Shown in pieces: positions 47,342-60,170 of a DNA stretch of 64,000 bases (within the stretch, counting starts at the first letter, position 1; the number at the start of each line of letters is the position of its first letter). The position numbers were made by a program, and so were the translations under genes. Under the pieces are notes generated by a model, which had not been told where the DNA came from, searched no databases, and saw only the letters and a list, made by a program, of their open reading frames with translations. The stretch comes from Lama glama (lineage: Eukaryota): assembly GCA_028534125.1 (NCBI GenBank), contig CM052832.1, positions 10,356,001 through 10,420,000 of the forward strand, read 5' to 3'.

Positions 47342-49598
47342 CGGTTAAGAAGGATGGTTCCCAGAGGATGCAGGCAGGGCCAGAAATGCACAAGCTGTGC
47401 CTGCAGATCATAGAGGGTGAGTGGAGGGTGCAGAGCTCTGGTGGAAGGGAAGAGGAGTTTACATAACTAGACCCATGATTATAAAAAGAAGAGGGAAAAG
47501 GCCCAACAAGCTAAACAGATGAAGCTTCATATTTTGGTTTGGTGGGCTCCCAGTTGTGTAGTGACCTTTGGGAGGAGAAACGAAGGAGTTTGGGCTTGGA
47601 GAAGGGGCCCACCTGTGAAGGGACAGGGGTTCTTGGCTGTTGCGTCTAAGGCCCTCCTTCCCCTTCTGGTGTCCTCTCCTTCCTCATCCTGTAGTTCAGG
47701 CCTCCTGCCCTCAGGGTGGGGAGCTAGCAGCTGCCTGGGCAAGCTTTATTAAGCTCCAGGCCTTGAGGCTGAATCTGGGATTCCCAGCAGGAGCTCACGG
47801 GCTAATCAGGAAGCAACTGTAGCACAGTCTGAAAAGTGCTGTCACAAAGGTAAAGGGTATGCATGGTGTTGAGGAAGAGATGTCCACAATGGCAGATTCA
47901 CAGAGAAGGTGACACGAGAGGTGAGCCATAAAGGGGGAGAAAGGCCCATGGGAAACGAGCGTGAGCCGAGGGCATGGTGGCCCGGAGATGCTCCACGTGC
48001 CCTTCCACACTCAGTGCTTTTATAAAAGCTCTTCCCTAAGCTTGGACTCTCCTCCTCACTGTTCTTCTCTTGTCAGCCAAACTGAAGGCCGACTCACATT
48101 TTCTTTGAGAACTTTCCTCCCGAAGTCTCTACACTATTGCTTTATCTGTGTTGCCACTAAGATATTGTTTTTGTGCTGGTCTCAGCCTATCAAGAAGCAA
48201 CGCCGTGGTTGGACTCGCCTTTCTGGTTCTTATTATGATTGCAAGATGCCCTTCAGCAGTAGCCATCAAGAAACTTTGAGAAAATAAAGGTCTGTTACTT
48301 ACAGGACCTGGAAATGACACAGCACACCTGGGGCCACCCTGTGAGGTCTCGAGGAGAGAGCACACATGGGGCTGAGGCTTGGCTTTCACTGGGGTTGAGA
48401 GTCGGGTTTTAGGGTTTTGCAGGCTCACCCTTATTGGTAAATTTAAAGCCTAAGAGCAGTAATTTAAAGCACAGAAAGAGAAAAAACAAGTGGCCCAAAT
48501 GGTCAGTTATCAAATCAACTGGTATCTCAAAAACAAACAAGTGTCTCCACGCGGGGAGGTGGCTGGGCTCATCATCTAGTTGTGAGACTGGCAATGTGTT
48601 TGAGATCAGCATCTTTGAAGTGGATGCCTTGTCAATCAAAGCTTAAGTCAGGTACTTGCGTTAAAAAAAGAAAAAAAAAAAGACGTGTTAGGGTTTACAC
48701 TGCAACACTTCTCACTCAATACATCGATGATAGTAATGCCTCTCGTAACCACCTCTGCTGGACTAAGGTAAACTGCTCCCCTCTGCAATTCACACTGATC
48801 AATGCCTGAGGCCCCTGAGCCCGTCGGCCTGGGAAGCGAATTTCTAGTTCTGCCCGTTGAGTTATATACTGATCAGGAGCTGGTTGTGTTCACTCCCAAG
48901 CCCACTTAGGCTTAATTCTACTTGTTACAGTAGTTACGGGATTTAATTAAGTGTGACATGGACCAGTGAAATACAAGTGTGAGAGGAGGGAGGGTTGTTT
49001 CTACACATCCCAAGTTGAAAGCTTCAGGGTGACACACGAAGCAGCTGATGTGTGAAGGGGTTTGAGTGACCTGACATTAAGGAAATGGTGTTACCTGGTC
49101 CCATCTGCGTCCCGCCGAGACTGAACTTGAGGGCAGAGATCACAGTGGCCTTAGCTTTGTGCCTCGAGTTCCAGCCCAAGGCCTGAGACAGAGTAGGAGT
49201 CAATGAATGTAGGCAGATCAAAAAATAAATGAAGAAATCAATGTCAAGGTTTTGAAAGAGAAAACAAGTCTCCCTACAGGTGAGTCATGAAAACAAAGTG
49301 TGGAAAAATTAGGTGTGGATAAAACAACTGGAAAAGATCAGAAAAAGACCTGAAAAGCCTGGAGGGATTCTGCACTTGGATTGCTTTAACTAGGGTCCGT
49401 AAATTCTTGTTCCAGTTGAAAGAAAAAGAAACTGGCAAAATCATATCCTCTAAGTGCTGGATGTTGTTTATGCATGAAAGGCAGTGTGGAACTTCCGCCA
49501 GCAGACCCACACTCCCAGCAAAGGGCTTGGTTTCCACATTAAATAAGAGGAGAATTAGTACATTCATACGTTTTAAGATAAAAAATATTTAAAGGAAG

Positions 49599-49980
49599 TG
49601 TGTTGGTTTTGGCAGGAAAAAAATGGCATACTTGAATGAGATACTTTGAAGAGAATTTAATAAAAGGACTGTTTATAAAACTGTGAGCAGAAATTAGGGA
49701 AACCACAAGGGAGAGGGATACAGGTGAGGGGAACCCAGGGCCCCTCCTGACAGCAGCTGGGCTTTGGGTTAAGAGAGGGAGTGAGGGAATAAATACCCTG
49801 GTTTCTCACTTCTCTCTCCCCCCAGTCTCCTGCCAGTGTCTCCTATTGGCCAAACCCAACAGGGAGGCAGGGGGCAAAGGAGCCCATTGGTATAGTCTGT
49901 GCCGGTGAAACTCTCAGGGTGGGGAGCAGATGGAAGGTGAAGACAGTTGATCGGGGGGCAAAGGGAAGGCATCCAGCATG
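49599..49980 (-). mobile_element. ERVL solo LTR, LTR33
   Basis: 'gggaataaataccctg...ctcctgccagtgtctcctattggccaaacccaac...ggcaaaggagcccattg...gggcaaagggaaggcatccagca' is the reverse complement of the LTR33 5' region. Confidence 0.85.
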
Positions 49981-50079
49981 GTGTCATTCGTTCTTTCTTT
50001 TTTTTTTTAAATGATTTTTCACCTTGACATTTTTGATTTTTCAACTGTGAGTCCCAGTCCTGCCATATTGGAGGGCTGC

Positions 50080-50510
50080 TTCTTCATTTGTTTACATATT
50101 TATCTCCTGCATGATGTGGTGAGTAGCTAGAAGCAGGGACTCTGTCTTGGGCATCCTTAGATCTCCAAGTCTGGCCTTCCAAGCAGGTGGAAGAGGATCA
50201 ATAATTTCATTGAATGAATGCTGGTGACATCCTAAGAAAAATTGTCAGAGAATCAGTAATCTGTGTGCTTATTCATTCATTTAACAAATGTTTATTGAGA
50301 GACTACTATGTGCCAGGTACTGCTCTAAACAAAGAAGACATAATGAATAACAAGGCTGCAGCCTAGGAGGGAAGACAGTCAACAAATTCTTTTACTCGTT
50401 CAACAAATGTTTGTTGAACAACTAGGTGCTGGGCACTGTCCTAGGTGCTGGAAGTTAAACAATGAACAAGGTAAGACCCTGCCCTCATTGAACTTTCATT
50501 TGAATAGGAA
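50080..50510. mobile_element. Cluster of L2 3' ends (+ ~50080-50222; - ~50270-50380; - ~50385-50510)
   Basis: 'tagaagcagggactctgtctt...tgaatgaatg'; 'attcattcatttaacaaatgtttattgagagactactatgtgccaggtactg'; 'ttcaacaaatgtttgttgaacaactaggtgctgggcactgtcctaggtgctgg'. Confidence 0.8.
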
Positions 50511-51559
50511 TATTTTGCTCATAAGAAGCATCTTTAAAGCTGGAAGGGGAGTGAAGGGGCACCACTTTTTAAAAAACTAATGAGGTCTGTGGCTCCTGCT
50601 AGATGAGCGGCCAACAGCAGCCACTTGAGGTCATGGAAAAACAATCCCCTGGGCTGGATGGAAGCCAGAGCTTGGGGTGAATGTCCTTACAGGGCAGGGG
50701 TGTCCTTGTTAAGCACATCTGATCCTCTGGCTTTGGGTGATTGGGATGGGTCCCAAGTAAGAAAATCTGAGCTCTTCACACTTCTCCAATAACAGGGCTT
50801 TACTTGGGAAATCTTCAATGAATTTCTGTGGAATTAAGTGGATTCTTAGCAACCTTTTATCAAGCTGTGGGCTCCCCAGAAGCTGGGCCTGGTAGATGAA
50901 GGGCTAGCTGGCAGCCCAGTGGAGGCTTGACAGGGGAAGGGGGTAACGTTGCCTTGTTTAGGTGCTCGGGATTATTTTAGAGCATGTGTCACTGGGCTGT
51001 GTGTGCTGAAGCCGGCCTCTTCTGGGAAGCTAAGAGGGGAGCAAACCTAGCTCATCATATCAATACTCCCCAAACTCCTATACTCCTGAGCTTCGGGAGT
51101 CTGAATTCCTCTGATGCATAAGTACCAAATTGCTGGGGAAATGATATTTCTCAGGGGATGGAAGACTGGGTTCTAGTTGCACATCCCTCCCGTCTTGGTG
51201 TGAGGCCCTGGGAGTCAGCTGAGTGCAGCAATCTCAGGGTCCCTTTCAGCTTGGCCGTTCCCACTTTGAGAACGTTTTTCCCTCCGAGGACTTTGGCTGC
51301 TGCAGGTAGACTGCTCACTCTTCTCAGTGCTTCCCTGGCCACCGAAGGAGCCGCTGTGAATCAGCAGGATTGGCCTTTAGCATTGGTCTTCGGAGACAGC
51401 TGCCTCCCCACTGTGTTTTTGCAGGCTCCAGGGAAGGGACTCTCTCCCCTACGCACGTCCCAGAATATCTTCTCTATCAGCCTTTTGATGTTTGGGATTG
51501 CTTTCCTGTGGACAAAGCCTTCCATTCCACAATGAAAGCCCCAAAATAGAAGGGAATGC

Positions 51560-52200
51560 ACATGTGTTTGGCATTGCCCACAACAAGCTGTTCTTGGCCT
51601 CGTGCTCTGGCTTGTGCTATTCCCTCTGCCAGGAATATCCTCCCCATGCCCTCATTTCCCTTGCACTGAGACTTTAAGAGTCGATTCAAATGTTTCTTGC
51701 CCTAGGGGATGTTGTAATTGGTTTCTGTCTGATTGCAAGAAACAGACTGACTTTGATGAGTTCAAAAACAGGCTGGTGCGGGATGGGTGTGGCCAGGATG
51801 CAAGTCAGAGCAGTGAGGAGGGTTGGACTCCTGGACATCCTGGAGAAGAAGACCTAACTGTCTGCTTCTGCAGTTTGTCCCACATAGACTGACTGTAGGA
51901 GCTTGAAATGAGGGGCTATGATTCATTCATGTTTGAACCCTCAGACCTAACACAGAGCCTAGTACCTAGGCCATACCCAATGGACGTTTGTTAATAAATG
52001 AATGAACAAGTAATTGAATCCTAAGTCTGGGCAGAAGTCGGCTTTGTCTTTGAGGTACTGATAGTCTAGTTAGGGAACCAGAAAACAAATGAAAATGAAC
52101 TAATATTAAGAGAGAACCAATGCAATGCAGTGGCTAAGACCTGACACAAAGCTTTCGAGATGGATACATCAAAGGTGCCTTAGGAGCAATGAGATTTAAT
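51560..52200. mobile_element. L2 (+, to ~52008; possible MLT fragment ~51710-51860) abutting L2 (-)
   Basis: 'gtgctattccctctgccaggaat...agactgactgtaggagcttga...cctaacacagagcctagtac...tttgttaataaatgaatgaa' then 'ctttgaggtactgatagtctagttaggga'. Confidence 0.6.
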
Positions 52201-53744
52201 TGGCATGTAGCCCTGAGAAAGACTTTAATTCGCACTACCAGGCCACTGACTGATAGACACTTTAACTGAGTGCATTCTTTTGATGGGGAAAATTGGAGTG
52301 AACATTAAACTAGTATACATTTTCATATAGGGTCCCACAAAGGATCGCCAGGGATGGCAAATGGGGAGGCAGAAGGGGTGCAGAGACAACTCTCAGGGGA
52401 CCTTGTAGCTTGGCTAAGGGCTGGCCTGCAACATTGGGTGCATTAGAAGATGCCATCCCAACCCCCTTGGGGCCCGTGAGCCACACTGGGTGGTGGGTCA
52501 GTGATCCCCACTTGTCTAATCGGATTGGCTGGGCCCATGGAAAGAGCAAGGCTGTGTCTGCTGCCCTGTGTCTGCTGAGTTACTGCCAGCTGTGGGTAGT
52601 GAATAAACAGCAAGGCTCCTGGGTGGCCCTTAGGGCTCTGCAGTGAACCAAGAGAGTCATCCAGATGCTTCCTGATTTTATTGACTTAAATCAAAGGCCA
52701 AGAAAGAAGAGCAGCTCTCTTTGCAGCTATCTGTTTTAGAGACCGGCCCCGGGGTGAGTTCTGTCCCATTTCCTCTTCCGTTCAGATGTATTTCTCTGAA
52801 ACTTCTCACCAAATTTGTTGCCCTTGGACAGTCTCTGCCATCCTGCCAAGGACAAGCAGTGAACGGTAGTGAGGGATTTCTAGGGTCTCCTCTCCCATGA
52901 CATTTACGTGGGGGAGGGGGGGGACACACTAGAAGAACGTCCCAGGACCCAAGAGAGATCATGGAATGCAGTTCATATTGAAGGCATATTACATATTTCT
53001 CTTATTTCCCGGGAGAGCACCAGGTATCTGGTATAGACTTACTTCTCTGCATTAAATTAAGAGTCAGGGATCCAGAATGGAGAGGATGGGGAAGCAGATT
53101 ATCTTCCTGTTGGTGCCCTGTGGATGGGGTTAACATCACAGGCTCTGGACCCGCATGGAGATGGGGTTGAGGACTGGCTCTCTGGTGACGGGTGACTTAC
53201 TCGGTGACTCAGGGCCTCAGTTGCCTAGTCTATGAAACAGGCTCTAGTTCCGACCCTAAGGCTGTGGGCAGAGTTCAGCTGGGTCCTGTGTGCCCACATG
53301 CTGCACATATGGACCCTGTCCAGCAGCGAGTGCTCACTACCTGGTGACCAGTATGGACCTCAAGCCCTCATTAGCGGCCAGCAGACAACTGGAGCTCAAA
53401 CATCACAATTTGATGAAAATGAGAAAGTAATTTTGGTAGTGGGAGAAAGCCTTAGAGCAGCATAGGGTTGCCCAGAGCTAAGGGAGTGAGTGAGGACTAG
53501 AATGTAAGAGATAAACAGGTAATGTAGGCATGGAAGCAATTTTACAAAGACGCCAGTAAAAGGACTCTCAACAAAGAGCAGGCTGGCTGCAGGAGGCTTG
53601 TTACTGGGGGGGCGCATCCAGAATGGGTGAGGAGACCAGTAAGAACACACTCCAAGTCTGGGCTCCACAACTGTTCTGTATCTTTGTGATTTCCAGTCCT
53701 TCTCGGGTCTGCCTCCTTGAACAACCTCATGCTTTCAGTTGGTG

Positions 53745-53975
53745 GCCAGGGTAGAAAGAACATGGATACTGGAGTCTAGGAATTCTGGGTTCCAATCCCT
53801 GCTCTATCACTTTATCACCTGTGTGATCTTGTAAAAGTTACTTAACCTCTCTGTGCCTCTGTTTCCTCACCTGTCAAACAAGGCTAACCCCCTTCAACTA
53901 GTGATCACGTGGAGTAGAGGAGATCAGTGTATGTAAACCAGCTGGCACACAGCAGGTGCTCAATTATTGTTGTTG
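53745..53975 (+). mobile_element. Near full-length MIR
   Basis: 'gtagaaagaacatggatactggagtc...tgggttccaatccctgctct...tgtgtgatcttg...gttacttaacctctctgtgcctctgtttcctcacctgtcaaa...gctggcacacagcaggtgctcaat'. Confidence 0.9.
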
Positions 53976-54589
53976 ACTTGTTTTTCCTTCTGTCTTAAGG
54001 TGGACTCTATTGCCCTCAAATAGAGGGGCTTAAAAGTGTGTCTTGACCAGTCAAGAAAGCCCGTTCTAAGGAGAGAATAGTTGTGAGGGAAGGACTTGGA
54101 AGGATCTCGTTTTCTGCCCCAGGGCTGAAAGGAGGAGGCTCAAGCTCTGGGGGAGGGAAAGGCACTAGGACCCCACCTAGGGGTGACATCAGCAAGCAGA
54201 GGCCCCAGCAGGCCTGTGAAACTCCGGCAGGCGTCTTGCCGCTCCATCTTTAAAGTGGTGACATGACTCAGCCTCGGCCCTTGGCCTTCCTCCCCATTAT
54301 GCTCCAGGGATCTTGGGGTGGGAGAAGCCCTGAGTCTCCAGGGTATCAGGGCTTCGTAGCATCTCCTCTGCTGCCTCCCAGAGGGCACTTCTGGGATGGC
54401 TGCCCTTACGAGCCCTCCTTCCAAGACGCAAATGGCCTTGGCCTCTCTTGTCCCACCTGGACCCAAGGTGAACTCTGGGGTCTGTGGGGTCTGGAGGAAA
54501 GTCTCTCAGGGGGCTCCTCCTTCCCCTTCTCTCCCCAGTATATCTAGCTCACACTCAGCAGTTCTCAGCTTTCCCATCCCATAATGCAG

Positions 54590-54715
54590 GCAGGGAAGCA
54601 ATTTTATAGAGAAGGGAAATGGAGGCACAGAGAATTGGCCTGTGTAAGCTCACAGGGCTAATAAATGGTGGAACTGGGACTAGAACTCAGGGGCTCCCAG
54701 CCCAGGGCCATTCTG
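54590..54715 (-). mobile_element. MIR fragment
   Basis: 'attttatagagaagggaaatggaggcacagaga...aaatggtggaactgggactagaactcagg...ctcccagcccaggg'. Confidence 0.7.
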
Positions 54716-55519
54716 TGCTCAGAAATGCTGAGGCCCATGTTCCATCCCTTTGGCTTGATACTACTGGGCAGTTCGCTGGCAGTTTGTTTGGATAAGTCTT
54801 ACTCATGTTTTGTTTCTGGGAGGGAATCTGTGTTGCTTTCCCCCTACCATTCCTCCCTACACCCACTGTTTTCTTGAGTCCCTAAAAGGTGTCCTGAAGG
54901 ACAGACACCCCCCCATCCCCAACGCTGGCCCCCAGGCCTGTCTAATACCCAGTTTCCAGGAAGTGAAGCTGTTTCCCAGCTTATTTAATGGCATTGCCCG
55001 GAGCTTAAGGGAGCCGCGCTTTCGGGTGACTTATTGTAATACTCGACTCCGCAGACGTCCCTTTCCCCTCTGACTGCATCTGCCGCAGCAGCGGCCCAGC
55101 TCCAATGGCAGGCAGAGAATGTGTCTGCTGCATCTCATTAAGGGGGTGGAAGAAGTCACTAGCACTGATTGAAATTCTCAGGTAGAGCGAGTCCTGATGG
55201 CATTTGAAGAGGGGAATTTAATTCGATAGTTTATATTCCACTTAGGTCGTTCTCTATCCGACTGCTGGTAAACAGCTGTAAATTGCCACAGCTGTCTTGT
55301 GGTGGAGAGGAAATATAGTCTGGAGAGGAAAGGGTGATGGGAGGACGAGATATCAAGAAGGCGTACCATCCCAGGGGACTCGGTGACCCGGTGTGTATGT
55401 AGGGTGGGGCCCTGGGCGCAGGGGACCCCATTCACTTCTTGCTTCCTGGGCCTCACTTGTGAAGTGATGAGCTCAGAACAAATGATTGTTGAGACCCCCT
55501 CCTGCTCGGAACTTCAGAG

Positions 55520-55780
55520 GAAGCTCAGTGGTGTAGTGGTGGGAACTAAGAATTTGGAATTGGAAAGTCAGGGCTCACCCCCAGGGCTCACACACCCTTC
55601 TTCCTGTAGAACCACGGGTGGGCAGGTCGTCCGACCCTCTCCAAATCTCTGAGGGTGAAATGGCAACCTCGCCGCCTCGCCTGTCTCCCTCCAGGGTGCA
55701 GTAAGGTCAGAGGTTGTGTGAGACAGTGTCATGTGTCCTGGAAGGCCCAGTTAGCAGTGGCTGTCGCCGTGGTTACTGGA
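55520..55780 (+). mobile_element. Highly degraded MIR
   Basis: 'gtggtgtagtggtgggaactaagaatttggaattggaaagtcagggctca'. Confidence 0.45.
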
Positions 55781-57329
55781 ACAGAGAGGAACCCCACAGC
55801 CTGCTTCTGCTTCTCACTGGCCCTCCCCCTAGGGCTGCAGCTCAGATCGTCGGGCAGGACCTTCTTCTTGTAGGGGGGCCAGGCCTGTGCTACGTAAGCC
55901 AAGTGGACAGTTACCCTAGGATTTGAAAAGTGCACAAACTGTCCCCAACCAACATCCTACCCTTCCCCCACCAGCAAAGCTCATCTCCAGAAGATGCCTG
56001 TCGAAGTGAGTGAGTTGTTTCCTTCAAGGGGTAATAGCCCCCAACACTCAGGCTTCCTTCTCCTGGCCATTGGTCAGTAAACTCTTACCTGAGGAAGCAG
56101 AGGGTGAACCCTTGATGGGAGTGGGACCTAGAAAGGGCACAGTGTCACCATCTTGATGGTTCCCAGTTACCTTCTTCCATGCCCTGGGCACCATGTTGGG
56201 CCTGGGGGACAGGGCAGCCATCCTCCTGTCTCCTCGTTTATTGCTCCATGCATTTAACAGACGCCAGAAGAGCGTCAGCTACATCAGGTGGGTAGACGGA
56301 GAAATGACACAGTGGAAGCTCAAGAGATTTATGTCTAGTTGAGGGGACAAACCCAAGGGTGCGAACCCTCATGTCAGGCTTAATAGCTCCTCCTCACCCA
56401 CAAGCAGCCTGGCCATGATCCACCTCCTGCTCATTCCTTTAAATAAAATCATGTGATCTGTTTAATGCAACTGTCTAGTTCAATGCCATATAACCATCTC
56501 CTGCTTTTCACTGTCATGGGTAAACTGTGATGTCTTTCTTCCATAATGGCAGCCCATATGTTGACAAAGTCTCCAATTACTTTCTAAAAGTGTCATTTTG
56601 CCTAAATATTCAAAGAAAGGGATGGGGGAGAGGAGTGCACAGTCAACCTCTCTGACTCTCATCCTGGAGATGTTCTGGAAGCTCTGATTCTGGAGTCTGA
56701 TCTCATGTGTGTGAGCAGGGTGTTGGGCCTGAAAGAGTGCGATGCTATGGGTTTAGCACCACCCACTGGGGACTCAGAATCCCTGACCATAAAATTTCGA
56801 CGCCTCTGCTGCATTGAAGGAACTGTGCTGGCTACAGGAGAAGATTGGGGTTGAGGCAGGAGATGAGGGTGTGAGATGGTCTGACTCTTCCCCAACCCAC
56901 CCACTTCTTGCCACCCTGGCTCCAGTCTCTCTGTGTCCTGAGCATCCTGTTTCATCTGTGTGGCTACTCTTGTCTACCCATCTGTGTGGACACTGACTTG
57001 ATCCCTCCTTTGCCCACGCCCACCCTGCTCCCGGCTCCTGGAAGCCCACCCAGGGTCAGATGGCTGGGCCTCCCACCTACTTGGGTAAGCACCTGGAAGA
57101 AGCAAAGGGAGCATGATGAGAGAGAGAGAGGGACCTTCTCATGTGAAGGTGGCACGAACGAAACTCCAAGCCCTTTTATTCTCTGTGATCTGGGGCAGAT
57201 AAAATCTGGGTGGGGAGCAATCACCAAGGGAGATGATGAGAGCTGAGGTCAGAATATATAAAATATAAACTCATTAAATAAAAGGCTCTGATGGTTTCTC
57301 ACCACACCACCATACCACCCTAATCTCAT

Positions 57330-57702
57330 CACACACCAGGATCACCACACCAGCCTCCTGGTCCATCTCCCTGTTCCCACCCTGGCACCTCATAACCTGT
57401 CTCCTGACCTCATTCCCCACCATTCTCCTGTTTCTCATTCTGCTCTGCCTCTGGGTCTCCCTTGGCATATCAGGCATCTTGCAGCCCTGCCCCAGTCCCT
57501 TTGCATAGTTCTGTTCATCTAGATCCCCCTCCCTCCACTTCATTTATGTCCCCACTCAAATGTCACCTCCTCAGACTGTCTCTGACCACATCACCTAAAA
57601 TCAGACCTGTCACCATCATATCCTTAGTTCCTAGAAAAATGTTGGGCACATAGTAGGTATTTAATGACTGTTTGTTGAATGTGTCCATGTGAATGAATGA
57701 AT
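57330..57702 (+). mobile_element. L2 3' region
   Basis: 'ccctttgcatagttctgttc...ctcaaatgtcacctcctcaga...gggcacatagtaggtatttaatgactgtttgttgaatg...gaatgaatgaa'. Confidence 0.85.
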
Positions 57703-58239
57703 TGTAGTAGTCAGAGGGGAGTGGAGAAGCAGCCTGCCGTGCCCGGGGTGCAGTGTTGCGGCAGGACGGAGGCCTGGGGCGGTGGGCATTTGCCCAACCA
57801 TCCTCTGGACACTGAGGGGGCAGCTGGGGAGGAGGTGGGGCAGGAGGGATGCAGGGTGCCCAGGGCAGCCTGGCCCGCTCACCTACTTTGCCCAGGGCCC
57901 TCCTAGCTGAGTTCCTTCTCACTTCCCCACTTTCCCCTCATGCTTCTTTCATTTTCACCCCTGCCAGTTCCTTCACAGAACTAATGAATAATGACAGGCG
58001 TGTAATTAGACTGACATCCGTGACTTCGTTGCCACAGTCAGTGACCAGAGTCAGAGATGTGGTCTCCCCTCCCAGCCCCACAGGGCAGCCTCTCCCTCCA
58101 CACCCCTGCTCATGGCTGACCTTCATTTTGTGTTAAGCAACCTGCTTTCCAGGATCCTTAAGAGTCATAAAGGAACCAGGTGGGACTTCGTGCTCAGGAC
58201 CAAACTGGGGAGGTATGGAATGCCTTTCTGCTTTTGGCA

Positions 58240-58690
58240 GCATGTTGTGGGGAAAGGCTGAATCGGGAGCCTGGGCAGGGGTCCTGGGAGTGTCACTTCA
58301 CCTCCCAGGTTCCAGTTTTCTCCTCCATAAACTCTCAAAGAGCTGGACCAGATCAGTAGTTTTTGGACTCTGTTTGGAATACCCTGGGGGATGCAAATAA
58401 CACTTGGATTCTACATGGAATCAGAGGGGAACGAAACCACGTCCATCACCTGGCCAAGAGCTCTTCGCTGGGGTCTGTGGACACCTGTGGGGTTCTGAGT
58501 GGGGCAAAGGTTCGAGAGGGCCTACCACCTCCCCCGCTTCAACCAGGGCGGCCCCCTTTTGCCTGTTTCATACTCTGTATTGAATAATGATTAAGGTTTC
58601 ACTTAATGAAAGGCTTCTCCTTTAACATTTGAGAAACCCCACAGCAGATGGTCCCCAGATCCTCTTCCAGTTTTGACACTTAGGGTCTTT
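58240..58690 (+). mobile_element. MIR3 interrupted by a MER103C-like hAT-Charlie element (~58354-58640)
   Basis: MIR3 'gtcacttcacctcccaggttccagttttctcctccataaa...gctggaccagat' / 'cctcttccagttttgacactta'; insert 'cctcccccgcttcaaccagggcggccccc...taaggtttcactt...tttgagaaacc'. Confidence 0.65.
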
Positions 58691-59474
58691 ATATCCTTAA
58701 GAGCAGGAAGGTGCAGGTCCATGAGATGTTTTGTTTCTCCGGCTGAGTGGTGGCCACAGTAGGCGCTGCAGGTGTATGTTGGAAGCAGGCTGGTGCAGCA
58801 CTGGCAGGTGCCCCTTGAGGACAAGCCTGGCCCAGTGCCTGCTCATAGCAGGGGCTCACTCATGGCTGACTTGCCCCCCCTGGGGAGCCAGAGCCAGAGA
58901 GGGGCTGTACAGCTTGAAACAGCACTGCAGCAGGAAGAAGTGTGACACGGCTGCTGGGGCCCTTCTGTAGACTCCCGAGTGGTTGGCTCCACTCCCCAAC
59001 CCCTGAAGGCACCTCTTCTGCCTCCTGGGAGAGGCTGACAGCAGCAGTTAGCAAGAAGTCCTTGAGTGCCCCCTCCCCACCATATGCCTTCCCCCACTAA
59101 GGGGTACATAGCCCCCTCTTCTGAGTGACAGCCCACTCACATGGGAAAGAGGCCTTGGTCTCACCCAGAGCCCGAGAAGCCATCATTATCTCCTGATCCA
59201 GCTATCAAAGCATTTTCAAATCTCTGATGAGCCAACCCTGGTCTTGCCCTTGATGGGAGAGAGGGTGGTATGCAACGGACAGTGTGATCAATCACAGAGG
59301 CTGGTTGGGGAGCAGGTACTATGCCAAAAACCAAGAAGGAGGGATGGAGGGGCCAGAGTAAACCCCACTGGGAAGAAAATCAGGCATCACAGACAATATA
59401 ATGTGCCCTGAGGAAAATGATGCCTCGCTGAAGTGACAAGAACTTCCAGGGCTGCCGTCCTATGAGTGGTGGAT

Positions 59475-59600
59475 CTTAGGTCATGTGTCTGGCCACAGAT
59501 TACAGGAATTCTGAGTCAAATTGGCTTAAACAATGCGGACACGTATTTATCTCCCATAAGGAGACTTCCAGAGAGGCGTGGACTTCAGAGTCACGCTGCT
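59475..59600 (-). mobile_element. Old MLT1 LTR terminal fragment
   Basis: 'tacaggaattctgagtcaaattggcttaaacaat...tatttatctcccataa...ttccagagaggcg...cttcag'. Confidence 0.55.
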
Positions 59601-59999
59601 GTGAAGGAGCAAAGAAAAGATTTGATCCTGGCAGTGGGCTTGTGACCTGGTCTGCAGGGCTACGCCTGGGGGCTTTCCTCAGCTCACTCTTCCCGGGGAG
59701 CTCCTCCCTCTGGGCCTCAGCAGGCAGTGCAGCATCTTAGCGTCTGGGGAGGTCAGGCTGGCCTGGAGGACAGGGTGGGGCTGGGGCCCGGGTCACCTGG
59801 CTATAAGGCTGGCCCAGAATGGGGGTGAGTTGGGAGTGGTCGGGGGAGGCAGCCTCCACAGAGGTCTGAAGTGGGTGCAGAGACCTAGTCCAGAAGGGAA
59901 GCCCTGTCCCGAACAGGGAGTAAGTGGGCTGTTAGGACAAGGAGGGGAGGGCAGGACAGGGGCCTTGTGAATCTGAAGAGCAAGAAAGAACTGAGTTAC

Positions 60000-60170
60000 T
60001 CTTCACAGAAGGGCAGGCATTTAATATCTATCACTCCCTTTAATCCTTAAACAACCTTGTGAATTAACAGGAGGATACAGAGCGAATCATTAAGTAATTT
60101 GTTGAAGATAATTCAATTACAAAGTAGCAGGGGGGGATTTGAACCCAAGTCTATATGGCAGCAATATCCA
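60000..60170 (-). mobile_element. MIR fragment
   Basis: 'ctttaatccttaaacaaccttgtga...agtagcaggggggggatttgaacccaagtct'. Confidence 0.6.

Noticed and set aside
46742..47413. Longest ORFs in the track (192-223 aa)
   Set aside because: Artefacts of translating through the 500-N gap
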